A stretch of 63,955 bases of DNA, counting the filler, from Lenisia limosa (taxonomy: Eukaryota > Protista > Breviatea): NCBI GenBank assembly GCA_001655205.1. It is 5 parts of 5 records of this genome, joined end to end, with 100 filler letters (N's around TTAATTAATTAA, not from the genome) between each part and the next. Parts side by side here need not be neighbours in the genome. Positions count along the whole stretch, not along the records: positions 40,757 to 59,804 come from LPNZ01008138.1; positions 59,905 to 62,301 come from LPNZ01000812.1; 3 more parts are not named here. One strand, given 5' to 3'. The translations under genes and the position numbers were made by a program. Below the pieces are notes generated by a model. That model was given only the letters and a program-made list of their open reading frames with translations. It had not been told where the DNA came from and did not search any database. The stretch's first letter is position 1, and every line of letters begins with the position of its first letter. This document shows positions 49,149 through 61,188 of this stretch, piece after piece.

Positions 49149-52100
49149 ATGTGGGGTGGGTGGAAGGACAAGCTCTCGCAGTTTACAACTGATGTGATCG
49201 CCGAGACAAGAGCCGTTTCTTCGGAGCTGGGACAGGTTGGCATTGGTTGCAGTTAGTCAAAATTTGAGCTTAGATTTGAAATTAGTACTGTATATCATCG
49301 TGGGATTCTTCTTTTAGTGTGTTCATGGTAAAAGTTGTTATTCGCATCCAACATTTAAGGCGGTGTCAGAAGGGCTTAAGGAAGAAGCTGTCAATGGACC
49401 CATGTAAGTTATAATAAAATTTCAAATACATAAATGAGCAGCCTTTGTTCTGAAATCACCTGAAATGAAGCATCAATGATTCTAAACTTTCACTTAGTGT
49501 AATGTAGAACTGAGGGTGGAACCATCCTGTTTGCCCCTGCAGATTCAAGAAAAAATGCTATTGTGGGGGGGGGGGGGGNNNNNNNNNNNNNNNNNNNNNN
49601 NNNNNNNNNNNNNNNNNNNNNNNNNNNNNNNNNNNNNNNNNNNNNNNNNNNNNNNNNNNNNNNNNNNNNNNNNNNNNNNNNNNNNNNNNNNNNNNNNNNN
49701 NTGCAATTGCCTAATATATTCCCAGGATGAAACAGCTGACAGAAGAAGCCTGGAGGAAGAGGATGAAGATATGATGATTGAAAACAACCGAATTGAGGTA
49801 TGGTGCAGGTTGTTTGAGTTTACCTACAAGGCTGAAGCGCAAATACCTCTTGACATTATTGACACATCTTCTCCTCCGACTGAAGGTTTGTGCATATTTG
49901 GCTAAGTCCTAACCAAGCAGATATCTCATATATCGGACGCTCATTTCTTGAAACCTCCTTTGACCGTTCGATGGAAGAAGTTTCTGTAAGCCCCCCCCCC
50001 CCCCCCCCNNNNNNNNNNNNNNNNNNNNNNNNNNNNNNNNNNNNNNNNNNNNNNNNNNNNNNNNNNNNNNNNNNNNNNNNNNNNNNNNNNNNNNNNNNNN
50101 NNNNNNNNNNNNNNNNNNNNNNNNNNNNNNNNNNNNNNNNNNNNNNNNNNNNNNNNNNNNNNNNNNNNNNNNNNNNNNNNNNNNNNNNNNNNNNNNNNNN
50201 NNNNNNNNNNNNNNNNNNNNNNNNNNNNNNNNNNNNNNNNNNNNNNNNTTTTTTATGTTTCTTTTCAATGAGGTATATCCGCATGTTTTGTAGACTCTTT
50301 ATGTGTAAAGCCATCTTTCCATTGTATTGAGATTTTTGCAGTCTGCTAATAATCCAGAGGGTATGGTGCCAGAAAGAAACGCAGCTCCAGGCTGAAATTG
50401 ACGACCTGCATCTCAGACTATCTAGGGCTTATGTAGGCTCTCACTTTTACCATTGGTGCATGGGTGACTAGTTTTTAAAAAGTCATGTTTCAGTCTGGTT
50501 CGCCGCAAGAGGCAGTTTCAGTTGCAGCTTCACCAAGGTAATAACCTGCATGAAAATGTTGTGTTTTTGTAAGTGATAGTAACACCCTTTTTACTACCGA
50601 CCAAAGGAATGGATTCCTTTCACACGATCCAGCCAGAGTACCACCGCTCTATTGGACCTCCAAGATGAGTTATCAGCAGCCAACGCCGCCGTGATCAAGC
50701 TCAAAACAGACTTGGCCGAGTCAGACGCTAAGGCGGCGCATTTGGTATCGGAGCTTTCCACTTCCAACAGCCTCACTGACAATCTGACTCGTGAGATGAC
50801 AGCACTACAGAAGTGGGTAACTTCTTTGGTGCTATTTGTAATGTGGATGTTGTTATTTTTAACATATTAGGAAGCTTGTTGCGGAAACAAGTCGAGCTAA
50901 TGATCTGTCGTCCGATCTTCAGGCCAGTCAAAATATGGTGACCAAAATGGAGGAGGAGTGTCTGCTTACGAAGAATTCCATTTCTGAGGAGGTTTGTCAC
51001 TCCAGGTTCCAAGAACTGTCATGTTTTTTTTTTGGAACATTTTCTCCGGTGTAACTCTAGCATTTCACTTTGTCAGGTCCAAAGCCTCCAAGCCGCCCTT
51101 ACTGCAATGACAGCAGATCGAGACTTGAGCGTTCAAAACGCGCAATCCCTTCAAAACTCTCTCAACGACACCACTCAACTCCTGGGAAACTTCAAAACGG
51201 CCCACGCCGACGCCGAAGATAACCTGAAGGGGGAGCATGCCAAGAGCCAAGAGCTTCAGAGCTGTCTCAAAAGCACTGAAGAAAAGCTTTTAAACCAAGT
51301 CAAGCTAACTGATGACTTGGAGGAGACACTCTCAATCCTCAAGAGCCACGAAGCTGTGCTGACGGAACAGGTTGCAGAACTTGAAGAGTCCTGTGCGTCA
51401 GGTTGCACAAAGATTGTCAGCATGAGTTCGAGTTTACAAGAAACCACTGATCGTTGTGATAAGATGGAAGAAAAGCTTGCCAAGGCTGATGGTGAACTGC
51501 AGGAATATGCCAGACAATGCACTGAGTTGAGTAACATGAACAGGCAGCTGCTTGAGGCGGTTAACTCGTCTGAGGCTTCTAATGAGGGACTGNNNNNNNN
51601 NNNNNNNNNNNNNNNNNNNNNNNNNNNNNNNNNNNNNNNNNNNNNNNNGAGGGAAAGAGACGAAACCCAATCAGAATTGAACTCCCTTAAGTCTGTTCTC
51701 ATGGAAAAGGAGAAGGAAATGAAATCCCTCAAAGAAGAAATCGGAAGTTTGAAAGAAAAAAACACTGTTTTGACAGAAATGAAGAGGTCGGTCAAGACAA
51801 TGGAGGATGAGCTGCTGTCGCGTAATGCCGAGCTATTAGAGTCACAACAACACTGCATAAGGGTTGATGACATTCTGGAGAAGTCAAAGACTGACCAAGG
51901 TCAAGCCATGACGGACCTGAACCAGGCTCAAACTCAGCTGACTGAACTCCAAAATGAACTTCATCAGGCTGAAGGTGTGATTACAGATCTCGAGGCTCAG
52001 TTAGAGAACGACCACTTGACCTCTAGTAAGGAGCAGGAGGATTTGGCTTCGCTCAAGACCCAAATTTCTGGCCTCGAAAGAGACCTTGAGAAGAGCACTT

Positions 52101-55100
52101 CTGAAGCCACACAACAATTGATGGCTTTAGAAAATGACTGGATATCAACCCTTGCTGTTTTCCAGCTGAACAAAAACGAGTGTTCTACTCAGGTCAGTGC
52201 GTTATATTCTGTTCTGCAACTACTTGAAAAACTATATCATTTTTAACCTGGTTTTCCAACAGAAACAGAATTGTCAATTTCATGAAAATTAAAACGTCAT
52301 GATTTAGGTGATAGCCAAACAATTGACTTCAAACATTGACAGCCTCAAGACCAATACTAAGTAAGTACTAGCCTAAAGCATTATTGTAATTATTATGGCT
52401 AAATTTTGAATTATTTTATCCCTCGTTCTTTCATACTCTTAACAAAGCAATACCTTGTAACGACAACCCCCCCCCCCCCCNNNNNNNNNNNNNNNNNNNN
52501 NNNNNNNNNNNNNNNNNNNNNNNNNNNNNNNNNNNNNNNNNNNNNNNNNNNNNNNNNNNNNNNNNNTGGAGGAGTGTTGCATAAACGAAAGCGCTTGTTT
52601 GGCTGATTTGGAGTCCACACTAGAGGACACAAAGAAACAACTCGTGACTGTCTCGGATGAAGGTTTGAAGTGTCTCCCTCTTCCTATCAGACGAGTGAAC
52701 TTTACGTTAGAACATGGCTTACCTGACAGCGGAGGACACTGCCCTCCAGCACGTTGCCCTCTTCGATGTTCTCAATAGGCTCGCAGAAGATCCTTCCAAG
52801 CCTGCAGGCGGCATTGCTAAACTGTTTCCTGTTGTGTCAACTGTGGGGGGTTGGTTTTGTTAAGGTTTAAGAACGGTGTATTCTTAAATGTCATAGGTAA
52901 AGGACAGTTTGCTGGCTGCAGTCACCAAAGCCCAAACAATGGAGGATGAGCTTGAGAGTGTCCGAACAAAGTTCAATCAAGAAAAGGAGCAAGTTGATGG
53001 GGCTACAATTACAATGAGTAAAGGATTGTGATGAAAAACATACAGCGTAACACTTTAGATGAAGTCGAAAATGAATCAGCTTTCGGAACTGGTTGCTTTT
53101 GAGTCAAGTAATTCATCCGAAGTCACCGCTCTCAACCAAACCATTTCTCAACTTCAGGCAGAACTAGCTTCCTCCATTTCCACGCAAAGCGACAATGAGG
53201 CCACACGTGCTCGTTTGCAGAAGTCTTGTCAGGACCAGACTATTGCTAACGAAGAACTCCAGGAGTCTTGTCGGCTTTTGGAAAGCAAAATACAGAGGTT
53301 TGTTATCACCACTTTGAATGTAATGTGTTCAGTGTTGAAGCCACCAACGAGCTAAATGTGACTATCATGGCGGAGAGAGATCGAAACTTCGAGCAAATGG
53401 CTGACAGGTTGCTGGGACATTTGGTGGATATATCTAATCATATATATGATTTATACTATATCATATCATATGTTAGTATATATCATATATTAGTACTAGT
53501 AGATATCTCATATAGTATAATACTATGTATAGTACTTTATAATATGTATATCATATCATATGATATTATGCATATACAGTGACTAAGTTTTGACCGATTT
53601 TCCTTTGAGAAAACTTATCCCGTTCACTGTAGATATGATATACTATATCATATGCGTATAATATTCTATTTGATATCTAGCCTATATATGATATACCAGT
53701 ATTACTACATAGTATGTTGATTCTCACCCAGCGGTAGAAGACTGGTAATTTCAGAAACTATTTTGAACCAAGATGCTCCAATTTTCACTTACACAGGGCG
53801 TCTCTTTTGGAGGCCGAGCTGCGTAGTAGGGATGACGATGTCAAACAAAGAGATCAGGCCTTGGGGCTTATCAAGGGGCAGTTAAAGGAGGCTCTCTCTA
53901 CTGCTGATGGCCACTGCGAGACAATACAACGTGGGGTGACTTTGGTCATTGAATGCCTCTTTGATTCTTGAAGGGCTTTATTGTCGTTACATATACAATG
54001 TATCGTGTTTAGCAAAGCTCTGAGTATTGCATGGACATGACCTTCTTTAGAGCTCAGATCTTCGCAAACAAATCTTGAATATAAACTGAAAGCAGTCACC
54101 TCAGCTCGTGAGGAGTCAGAGGCAAGCTTACAGGGATTACAGGTAGGTTGCATCATTGGCTGTTTCAATCACTTCCGTTGTTATTCTTGAATTGTTGGGG
54201 CTCCACTGTCACACTGCAGAACGGAATGCAGCAAACATGCAGCATGCTTTCTGAAGTCGAATCTGACAGGGCTAAAGATAGGAAAACGGTTAGTAACTTT
54301 TCATGCTTTTTCAATCACTCCTGTGAGTTTATTCTTATTCTACCCCCTGCTAATCGGCCAGATTGAGTCGCTGAACGAACAGCTTGTAACTGCGGTGGCG
54401 GAGGCCGAGGCAGGCAAACAAGCTGTTGCAAAACTGTCGTTGCTGAACCAGAGTGCTACAGAGGTAGTGTGCTCATGTGCACTTGCCATTCACTCTTTAG
54501 TCTGAATTGCAACATGCCGCGGCTCAGAACGAAGTTTTGGAGCTGAAGAGCAAAATCGAGACGCTCGAGACCAAAAATGCGAAAATGGTTCGTTTATCAG
54601 CACGTAGCCTTTTGACTGTTTAGACGGCCGATCTGACAAGGTTGAAAAAACACCTGCTAACTGTGGAAGCTCAGCATGATGAAGCGGAAACTAACTGGGT
54701 GGCAAGAGTGGAGGTGAGGCATACTTAATGCTGGGTGGCAAGAGTGGAGGTGATACTTAATGCTGGGTCGATTCACACTGCAGCAACTAAGAGAAGAGCT
54801 TACTCGAACGGCTGCCCAAGAAGCCTCGAAGGAACTGTCAACTACTGTGGGTTTCACTTCATCAGAAGTAAAAGTCACAGCACTTCATCAAGATTGTTTA
54901 CATCTCAAAAACAAATCTGGTCTTATCTTACGCCTCAGATTAGCCGGCTGTCTTCGGAGCTTGAGGAGAGCTCTTTGGAACGTAATAGTCTGGCTGACGA
55001 CTGTGAGCTCTTGGATGGATGATTAATCAATATCCCACCATCGCTCCCATTTTGGAGAGTGTCAGGATAAAGTCTTAACGTTGTCCTCATTTCACCCCCC

Positions 55101-56277
55101 CCCCCCNNNNNNNNNNNNNNNNNNNNNNNNNNNNNNNNNNNNNNNNNNNNNNNNNNNNNNNNNNNNNNNNNNNNNNNNNNNNNNNNNNNNNNNNNNTAAC
55201 CATTACCACAGGCCTAGGCAAAGATAACCATTACCCAGGCAAAGATAACCTTGTAGTGGTGGTAGCGAACAACCGAATTGCTCGAATCCAAGCATCGATT
55301 GATGAGGTAATCGGTGTATTCTCTCCACGTAATGAAACACCCGCCACGTTAATGAAGCACTAGCGATCTAATGTATACCCCTTAGGTGCGATCAGCATCC
55401 GAAGTCCTTTTGGCTGACCTAGAGAAGGAGAAGTCCATCACCTCCAGCTTACGCCACGAACACGCCATTCTAAATGACCGACTTACTTTAGTTCGAGCAG
55501 AGTCTGACAGCAAAGATGTTGGTACTTGTTACCAATGTTACTGATGTAATATACGTACAGGCTGAGCTACTAGAGTCTTTGGAGATAGTTAAGAGACAAC
55601 AGCAAGAGTCCTCGGTGCTCAGTGATGAGGTTTCAAGACTGAAGGCTGAAACCGGTGTGCTGGGGTACTGTCAGATGCTCAATTCTCCTGGACTCTTTTT
55701 ACCGCTTCAGTATCCGCGATGAGCAAGGTTGATGACATCAAAACATCGCAATCAGAAACCACAGTGAGTCCTTCGTCATTGTCTGTCTTCAGCTATCTTT
55801 TGTCACCACACCCCTCTATGGATAGACTTATCCCCATATAGACATATCACCTCGCAGATTGACATCGATATGGTTCGTACAGCAGTTCTGCAGCTTCTGG
55901 CCCACCCAGCTGGCTCGTCAGTCAGAGTGGAAGTTGCTGAGGTCCTTGCGTCCATGCTGAGACTCAATGACGAACAACGCGTTGAGGTTGGTCAGGGACA
56001 GCGTTGAGCTTTCTGATGGGGTATGCTTCACTTCGATTTGGAAAGACTGAATTTCTCGATAAATCCTCGAAAACTATTGATATCGCACAGATTGGAGCGC
56101 CTGCACTTGAAGAGGCACCGGACATATCCGGAGTTCCTGGCGGCATATTTAACTTGGTTGAGTCCGCAATGTCTTGGTGGGGACCCAAAACCACGGTAAG
56201 CCTGAATGTGATAAGGCTCAAACAATCACAATATCTTAACTTTTCAGGAAACACCGAAAGGAACCCCCTCAAGTTGA
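49149..56277 (+). CDS. TRIP11: Long coiled-coil golgin with a C-terminal GRAB domain (GMAP-210/Rud3/GC3-4 family)
   Basis: N-terminus MWGGWKDKLSQFTTDVIAE; many heptad-rich exons (e.g. 51076-52194); GRAB-like IDIDMVRTAVLQLLAHPAGSSVRVEVAEVLASMLRLNDEQRVE followed by GGIFNLVESAMSWWG; stop TGA 56275-56277. Confidence 0.7.
53577..53629. mobile_element. Tc1/mariner-type MITE family C, internally deleted copy in a TA-rich intron
   Basis: TA|cagtgactaagttttgaccgattttcc..acttatcccgttcactg|TA. Confidence 0.65.
54695..54768. repeat. 36-bp tandem duplication of an exon end and 5' splice site
   Basis: ctgggtggcaagagtggag|gtga at 54695 and 54731; partial third unit at 54763. Confidence 0.8.
56022..56082. 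mobile_element. hAT MITE family A, truncated copy ending just before an intron acceptor
   Basis: tatgcttcacttcgattt..gactgaatttctcgataaatcctcgaaaactat matches the left part of the 30490 and 32343 copies. Confidence 0.75.
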
Positions 56278-56399
56278 AACACCCATTGAAAAGAATCAAC
56301 ACTATATTACGCCAATGGTGGCGCTAGCGCCTTTTTATTTAATGTCTCACATGAGAGACTTGTGATGTTAGAATAACATATTTTGTTCCTTTACCACAC

Positions 56400-59300
56400 T
56401 CTGTTATCTGAAGAGCTGAAGCTGAACTTGGAACTACACCATATTAAAATGGATAAAACAACATAGTGAAGTCAAAGACAAATTGAGGTTAAAAGTCGAT
56501 TGAAAATTCATTTAAACTAATAAAATAATACTGTCGCAAGCAATCATCCACCCCACCCCCCACTCGTTCAGAGCAAGGGCTACATGCAACGTATCCTCGT
56601 GACAAGGTCAAGTTATCGGGGACAAGACAACCCTTAAGGTTAAGCGCAAGAAAATAAAATATTGGAATATTACATCAAGTCCAAAACCTACCAATCGTGC
56701 AGTAAAATATGAGCCACATAGTGAGCAACATGGATACTGAAGAGTGAGATAAAGTTAACTCCTCCTTACAACTCGAGGTTTACTTCGAACAACGAAAAGG
56801 GCACCCAGAGAAGAGTCAGGCAGTGTACACTCACGCCGCTCTTGGAAGATCTAGAATGTCATTTATCATGACGGTCAATATTCTCTATTCTCTACAGCGA
56901 CCCCCCCCCCCCNNNNNNNNNNNNNNNNNNNNNNNNNNNNNNNNNNNNNNNNNNNNNNNNNNNNNNNNNNNNNNNNNNNNNNNNNNNNNNNTGTTGTAGT
57001 ATTCGATTGCCTCGTATTCGGAATAAGTCACTTCCGATGTAGGGAGCGGATGAGAAGCCAGGAAGGAAATGGACTCAGAATCCAGTGGCATAAAAGCTGC
57101 ACTGTGAGGGGCATAAGGGAACTTACGTTTGCATGAAGCATTTAGGATGAATTCTTCCCTCTCCTCTATTGACGGCTACATGTGTCAAAAAAAAAACAGC
57201 ATGTTCCTTTCTCAATATGTGCGAGATTACTTCTTTATGGTTCGGATCAGCACCAAGTAGGGAAAAAATAATCCGTTCCTGTGTTGACGGCGTAGCAGAC
57301 ATGAATCGCTTCAGCAACAAAAATGACATATCAAGATCAATACCTAATCAATTAGGCAGATTAGGAAGGTACATAATGTGTTCCAAACCATGATTCTTGA
57401 AAGCAGTGTGCATGATAATGAATGCAAGGGCAGAATGGCGATAAAGATTTAGGTACCATTCCTGAAATAGTCAAATAAGCAGGACTCCTCCAAGGTCCTA
57501 CAGGCGGTTTGAAAGCCAAAAGAGTGTTGATTCGAGAGGGGGTGGATACAAGAAGCCGAACAAAGTACGTTGTCAAAGAGCTCTGAGTGATGAACATCTG
57601 ACAGAAAGGATTTGATAAATGCACAGGAGGGGGTGAGAAAGGATTTGATAAATGCACAGGACGGGGTGAGAAAGGATTTGATAAATGCACAGGAGGGGGT
57701 GAGAAGTTATGAATCAAGCCGGCTCTGAATACCCTCCAAACATGAGACTCTTCAAGCACCAAAATTGACCGCTAAAGGGTGAGTGAAGGGAAACATCATG
57801 TATTAATCCAAACCAGGAAGTTATCATTTCGATAGAGCAAATGAGGTTGGTCCAACAATGATAGACGTGCGTCTGGATGTGCGTTTTGAAATGATATCTG
57901 CAACCATAAGAGGAAAGTGCCTCCAGGGAGTGGGTAAATAAACTATTGGGCTAATGTTGGATCTGTTCAAACAGCATACCCCGTGGATTGCCTCTGCTTT
58001 GCTGAGTATTGCTTCGAACATAAACACCTGAATTGTTGTTAAAAACGGAAATCAACCAAGGCAAAAACCAGATCAAACCTCTCTCAAAGGAGGTGTCATC
58101 AAATGAGTTATTCGTGTTGTAATCAGCTGGAGAGTGAACAATGTGTTTTAATCAGCTGAGAGTGAACGATATGTTGTAATCAGCTGAGAGTGAATGATAT
58201 TGAAGAAAGCTCACTGGCTTGATTCCTATATTCAACAGAAATTTCAACGTTGAAGCTGATGTGAACGCACTTTCAAGTAAGTCATGCTAAATCAGTTATT
58301 ATCACGCCGGGTATACGGTAATACCAACAGGGAAAGGAAGCATGTTTTCTGTTTTGGTTCTAGCAAGCTCAATTGGGAAGTTAACCTTGAAAATCAAATA
58401 AGAAAAGGACTGTAATCAAGGTTGACCCCTTACCCCGGATATTTCCTGGATGAAAGGTTTTGGAGTAATCTAGGCGAGTCGTAAGACATGATTACCAAAC
58501 TGTGTCTTGAAAATACGAGGTATAAGGCTTATCTTCACTGTAATCAATATTTTTAAGAGTAAATGGCTTCGTAAATAATAATATTAATTGTCAAACAACA
58601 GACAAGGATATATCGATATATTAAACTAAAAGGCAAAGACAGATGTGCACTCCCTCACGCTGTAAAGGACTTCCAATGCTTGGAGGGAGAGAAGTCCAGC
58701 ATACGGCCACGTTGTCCATTGGAACTGCCAGCATCAGGGATAAAATCAGCAAACATCAGACAAACATCAGTTCCAACAGAAAGATAAACGCATTGAAGAT
58801 GATGACTGAAGATTTTTCCAGACCTTTCTTGAGACTAATCCTCTTGTTTCTGTTACTGCCCTGGTTGCCCCTTCAATATCATCATTGAGAAGAAGCCCCA
58901 GGAAAGCTGGAATCTCTTTTGTTTCCTAATGAAATAGGTTATGGCAAAAAAAACACCAATCAATCACAGGGAGTGGATGTTACGTTGCTTGAAATTTGCA
59001 GCTCAAAACATATCAAAAAACAATCCTACAGGGAAGAAGTCAAATGAGACCGTATCAGACAAGTAGTCAACAACAGTATAGGACTGTACTAATGTTCGAA
59101 GAGATTCCATTTGATCGGATTCAGCATCTGATAAGTCATTGTCCTGGAAAAGGAGTGAGATAATGCTGCTTGAAGGAGGGATTAATATCCTCCTCTTTAT
59201 TATCTAGAGCTTACGCGATCTCTTGTTTCCTCAATCACAGGGGTCGGGGTATTGCGGTCATCAATTGGAGTGTACAGATCATCGTCAGCTAAAAATAAGC

Positions 59301-59772
59301 TGGTTCAAAATGTACAACAAACAAATCCCCAACAAAAAGAAAATGATATGCACCTCNNNNNNNNNNNNNNNNNNNNNNNNNNNNNNNNNNNNNNNNNNNN
59401 NNNNNNNNNNNNNNNNNNNNNNNNNNNNNNNNNNNNNNNNNNNNNNNNNNNNNNNNNNNNNNNNNNNNNNNNNNNNNNNNNNNNNNNNNNNNNNNNNNNN
59501 NNNNNNNNNNNNNNNNNNNNNNNNNNNNNNNNNNNNNNNNNNNNNNNNNNNNNNNNNNNNNNNNNNNNNNNNNNNNNNNNNNNNNNNNCTCTGTGCCACA
59601 CAGCTTTCCGCCTCTTGTGCCATGATCAACAAACCTGGAGATCCTGATGACCGTCGTCTGGAAGAATCCACTCGTTCGTATCCAGAACAGAATCTCCAAC
59701 AAGGCCCTCGCTACCATCTTGGTAAGCGTCCAACTGTGCTTCCTCCTCCTCTGAAAGTCCCCATAATGACAT
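56400..59772 (-). CDS. Uncharacterised multi-exon gene with an acidic N-terminus; 3' end uncertain
   Basis: ATG 59772 MSLWGLSEEEEAQLDAYQDGSEG; exon-like blocks bounded by AG/GT (ADDDLYTPIDDRNTPTPVIEETRDR, DNDLSDAESDQMESLRTL, IEEREEFILNASCK). No family recognised. Confidence 0.45.
57603..57705. repeat. 33-bp tandem repeat x3 abutting a minus-strand acceptor
   Basis: agaaaggatttgataaatgcacagga(g/c)ggggtg x3. Confidence 0.9.
58115..58199. repeat. About 28-bp tandem triplication of a minus-strand 3' splice site
   Basis: tgttgtaatcagctgagagtgaa.. x3, i.e. ttcactctc(c)ag|CTGATTA on the minus strand. Confidence 0.8.
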
Positions 59773-59804
59773 TTCAAAGGAGGGGCTAGGGGAGTGGGCA
59801 AGTC

Positions 59805-59904
59805 NNNNNNNNNNNNNNNNNNNNNNNNNNNNNNNNNNNNNNNNNNNNTTAATTAATTAANNNNNNNNNNNNNNNNNNNNNNNNNNNNNNNNNNNNNNNN
59901 NNNN
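59805..59904. other. Artificial scaffold-joining linker
   Basis: 44 N + TTAATTAATTAA + 44 N. Confidence 0.95.
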
Positions 59905-59992
59905 TTATGCATGTCCACGGTTTCCACCACCAACCTATACTATATGCATATACTATATACATAAATATACTACTATGCTCCTGCGCCAAAAC

Positions 59993-61188
59993 CCCGTCAT
60001 TTTTGGGATATCCCGTTATTTATGAATTAATGGCATCATATCTTCTCAAGCATCCATTATTATCAAATTCTAACCAGCAGAAAACTAAAATTAGCAAAAT
60101 TATTTTAAAAAAATAGTGGTGACGTCACGAACTAGTTCAGTTCACCACCTTTTCACAGGATTTTGAATGAAGAAGGTGTGTAATGGTGCTTGTTTACCTT
60201 TTAGAATGGAATAAAGCCGCATACGTCATTGCTATTAAGGAAACTCAGAGAGAATGATCCTGACAATCTCTTACTGTTGTTAGAAAGCTGATGAAGCAAT
60301 TGGCTGAGCCAGGGGACCTTGACAAGAAGAGGCAAAGTTCGTCGCAAGTAAGTTATATACGACTATTTATTCAATTAGCCTAAGAATTGTGTATCATTAT
60401 CAAGAACATGGAAGGAAGCGTTGCGCCTTGTTTCTGCAATTCAATCTCATACGAAAAATAGCAAGTCAAATAACAATCAGCAAACATGTAAAGAAGCGCT
60501 TCAAGTCTATATGGAAACCAGAGCAAAGGAAGAGATTGCATCTCGTCAGATACATATATTGCGTCATTTGCTGATGGTACCCTTTCTATTGGTAGGATGG
60601 AGGCTATACCTTTCTTTAATAATGCAGCTCAAGGAAAATTCGAGATGGAATTTGACCAAGTCTTCGAAAAATTGATTTCTAAAGCTCAAAAAGAATTAAG
60701 CCTAGAATTATCAGACAAAGAGATCAAAGAGGTTTGGAAATACACCTCCATTTTAACTACATATAGCTCTTAAAGTCTCCCCTCCCCGATTCAATTGCAA
60801 AAGAGCTTAGAAGCCGGTCAAATTTTCGTTTTGGAAAAGGGGGAGGAAGTTGCTGTGATCTATCAGGGACAGGTTTGTTGTATTATGGTATTTCATTTTC
60901 CAAGATCATCGCTAATGCTGATGAACTGAAGGCTCCTGGTGCAATCAATCAAGGAGGTATCCTTGTTCCCACAAGCAAGACAATCATGAAGCTTCAAGAC
61001 AAACAGAAAGAGAAAAGGGCACCTCGAAAGAAGAAAAAGAGTTAAATTTTGGTATATTTTCATCATTGTCAATTTGTGGTTTTTATAAGAGTAGCTTAAT
61101 TAATACCTTTATAACGCAAAGCACAGCCGTGCTTCAAGAGTATTTCTCCAAAAATTCATAAATGACGGGATATCCCAAAAATGACGGG
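59993..61188. mobile_element. About 1.2-kb TIR element, superfamily unassigned
   Basis: cccgtcatttttgggatatcccgttatttatgaatt versus aattcataaatgacgggatatcccaaaaatgacggg: 36-bp inverted repeat with 1 mismatch. No clear TSD. Confidence 0.8.
60169..61045 (+). pseudogene. Intron-containing, disrupted coding sequence inside the TIR element
   Basis: GT-AG-bounded exons (EWNKAAYVIAIK, KLMKQLAEPGDLDKKRQ, MEFDQVFEKLISKAQKEL, IIANADELKAPGAINQGGILVP..KEKRAPRKKKKS*); in-frame TGA at 60255 and apparent frameshifts. Confidence 0.55.

Noticed and set aside
57603-58199. Short regularly spaced repeats as a CRISPR-like array
   Set aside because: Head-to-tail units without unique spacers, in a spliceosomal-intron context, with no cas genes.
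59640-59772. Ku70-like acidic N-terminus for the 56400-59772 gene
   Set aside because: Only compositional similarity; no vWA (LIFLVDAS-like) motif follows.
60957-60964. U12-type donor-like GTATCCTT
   Set aside because: It lies in an open frame (GGILVP) of the last exon and no matching U12 branch site was seen.
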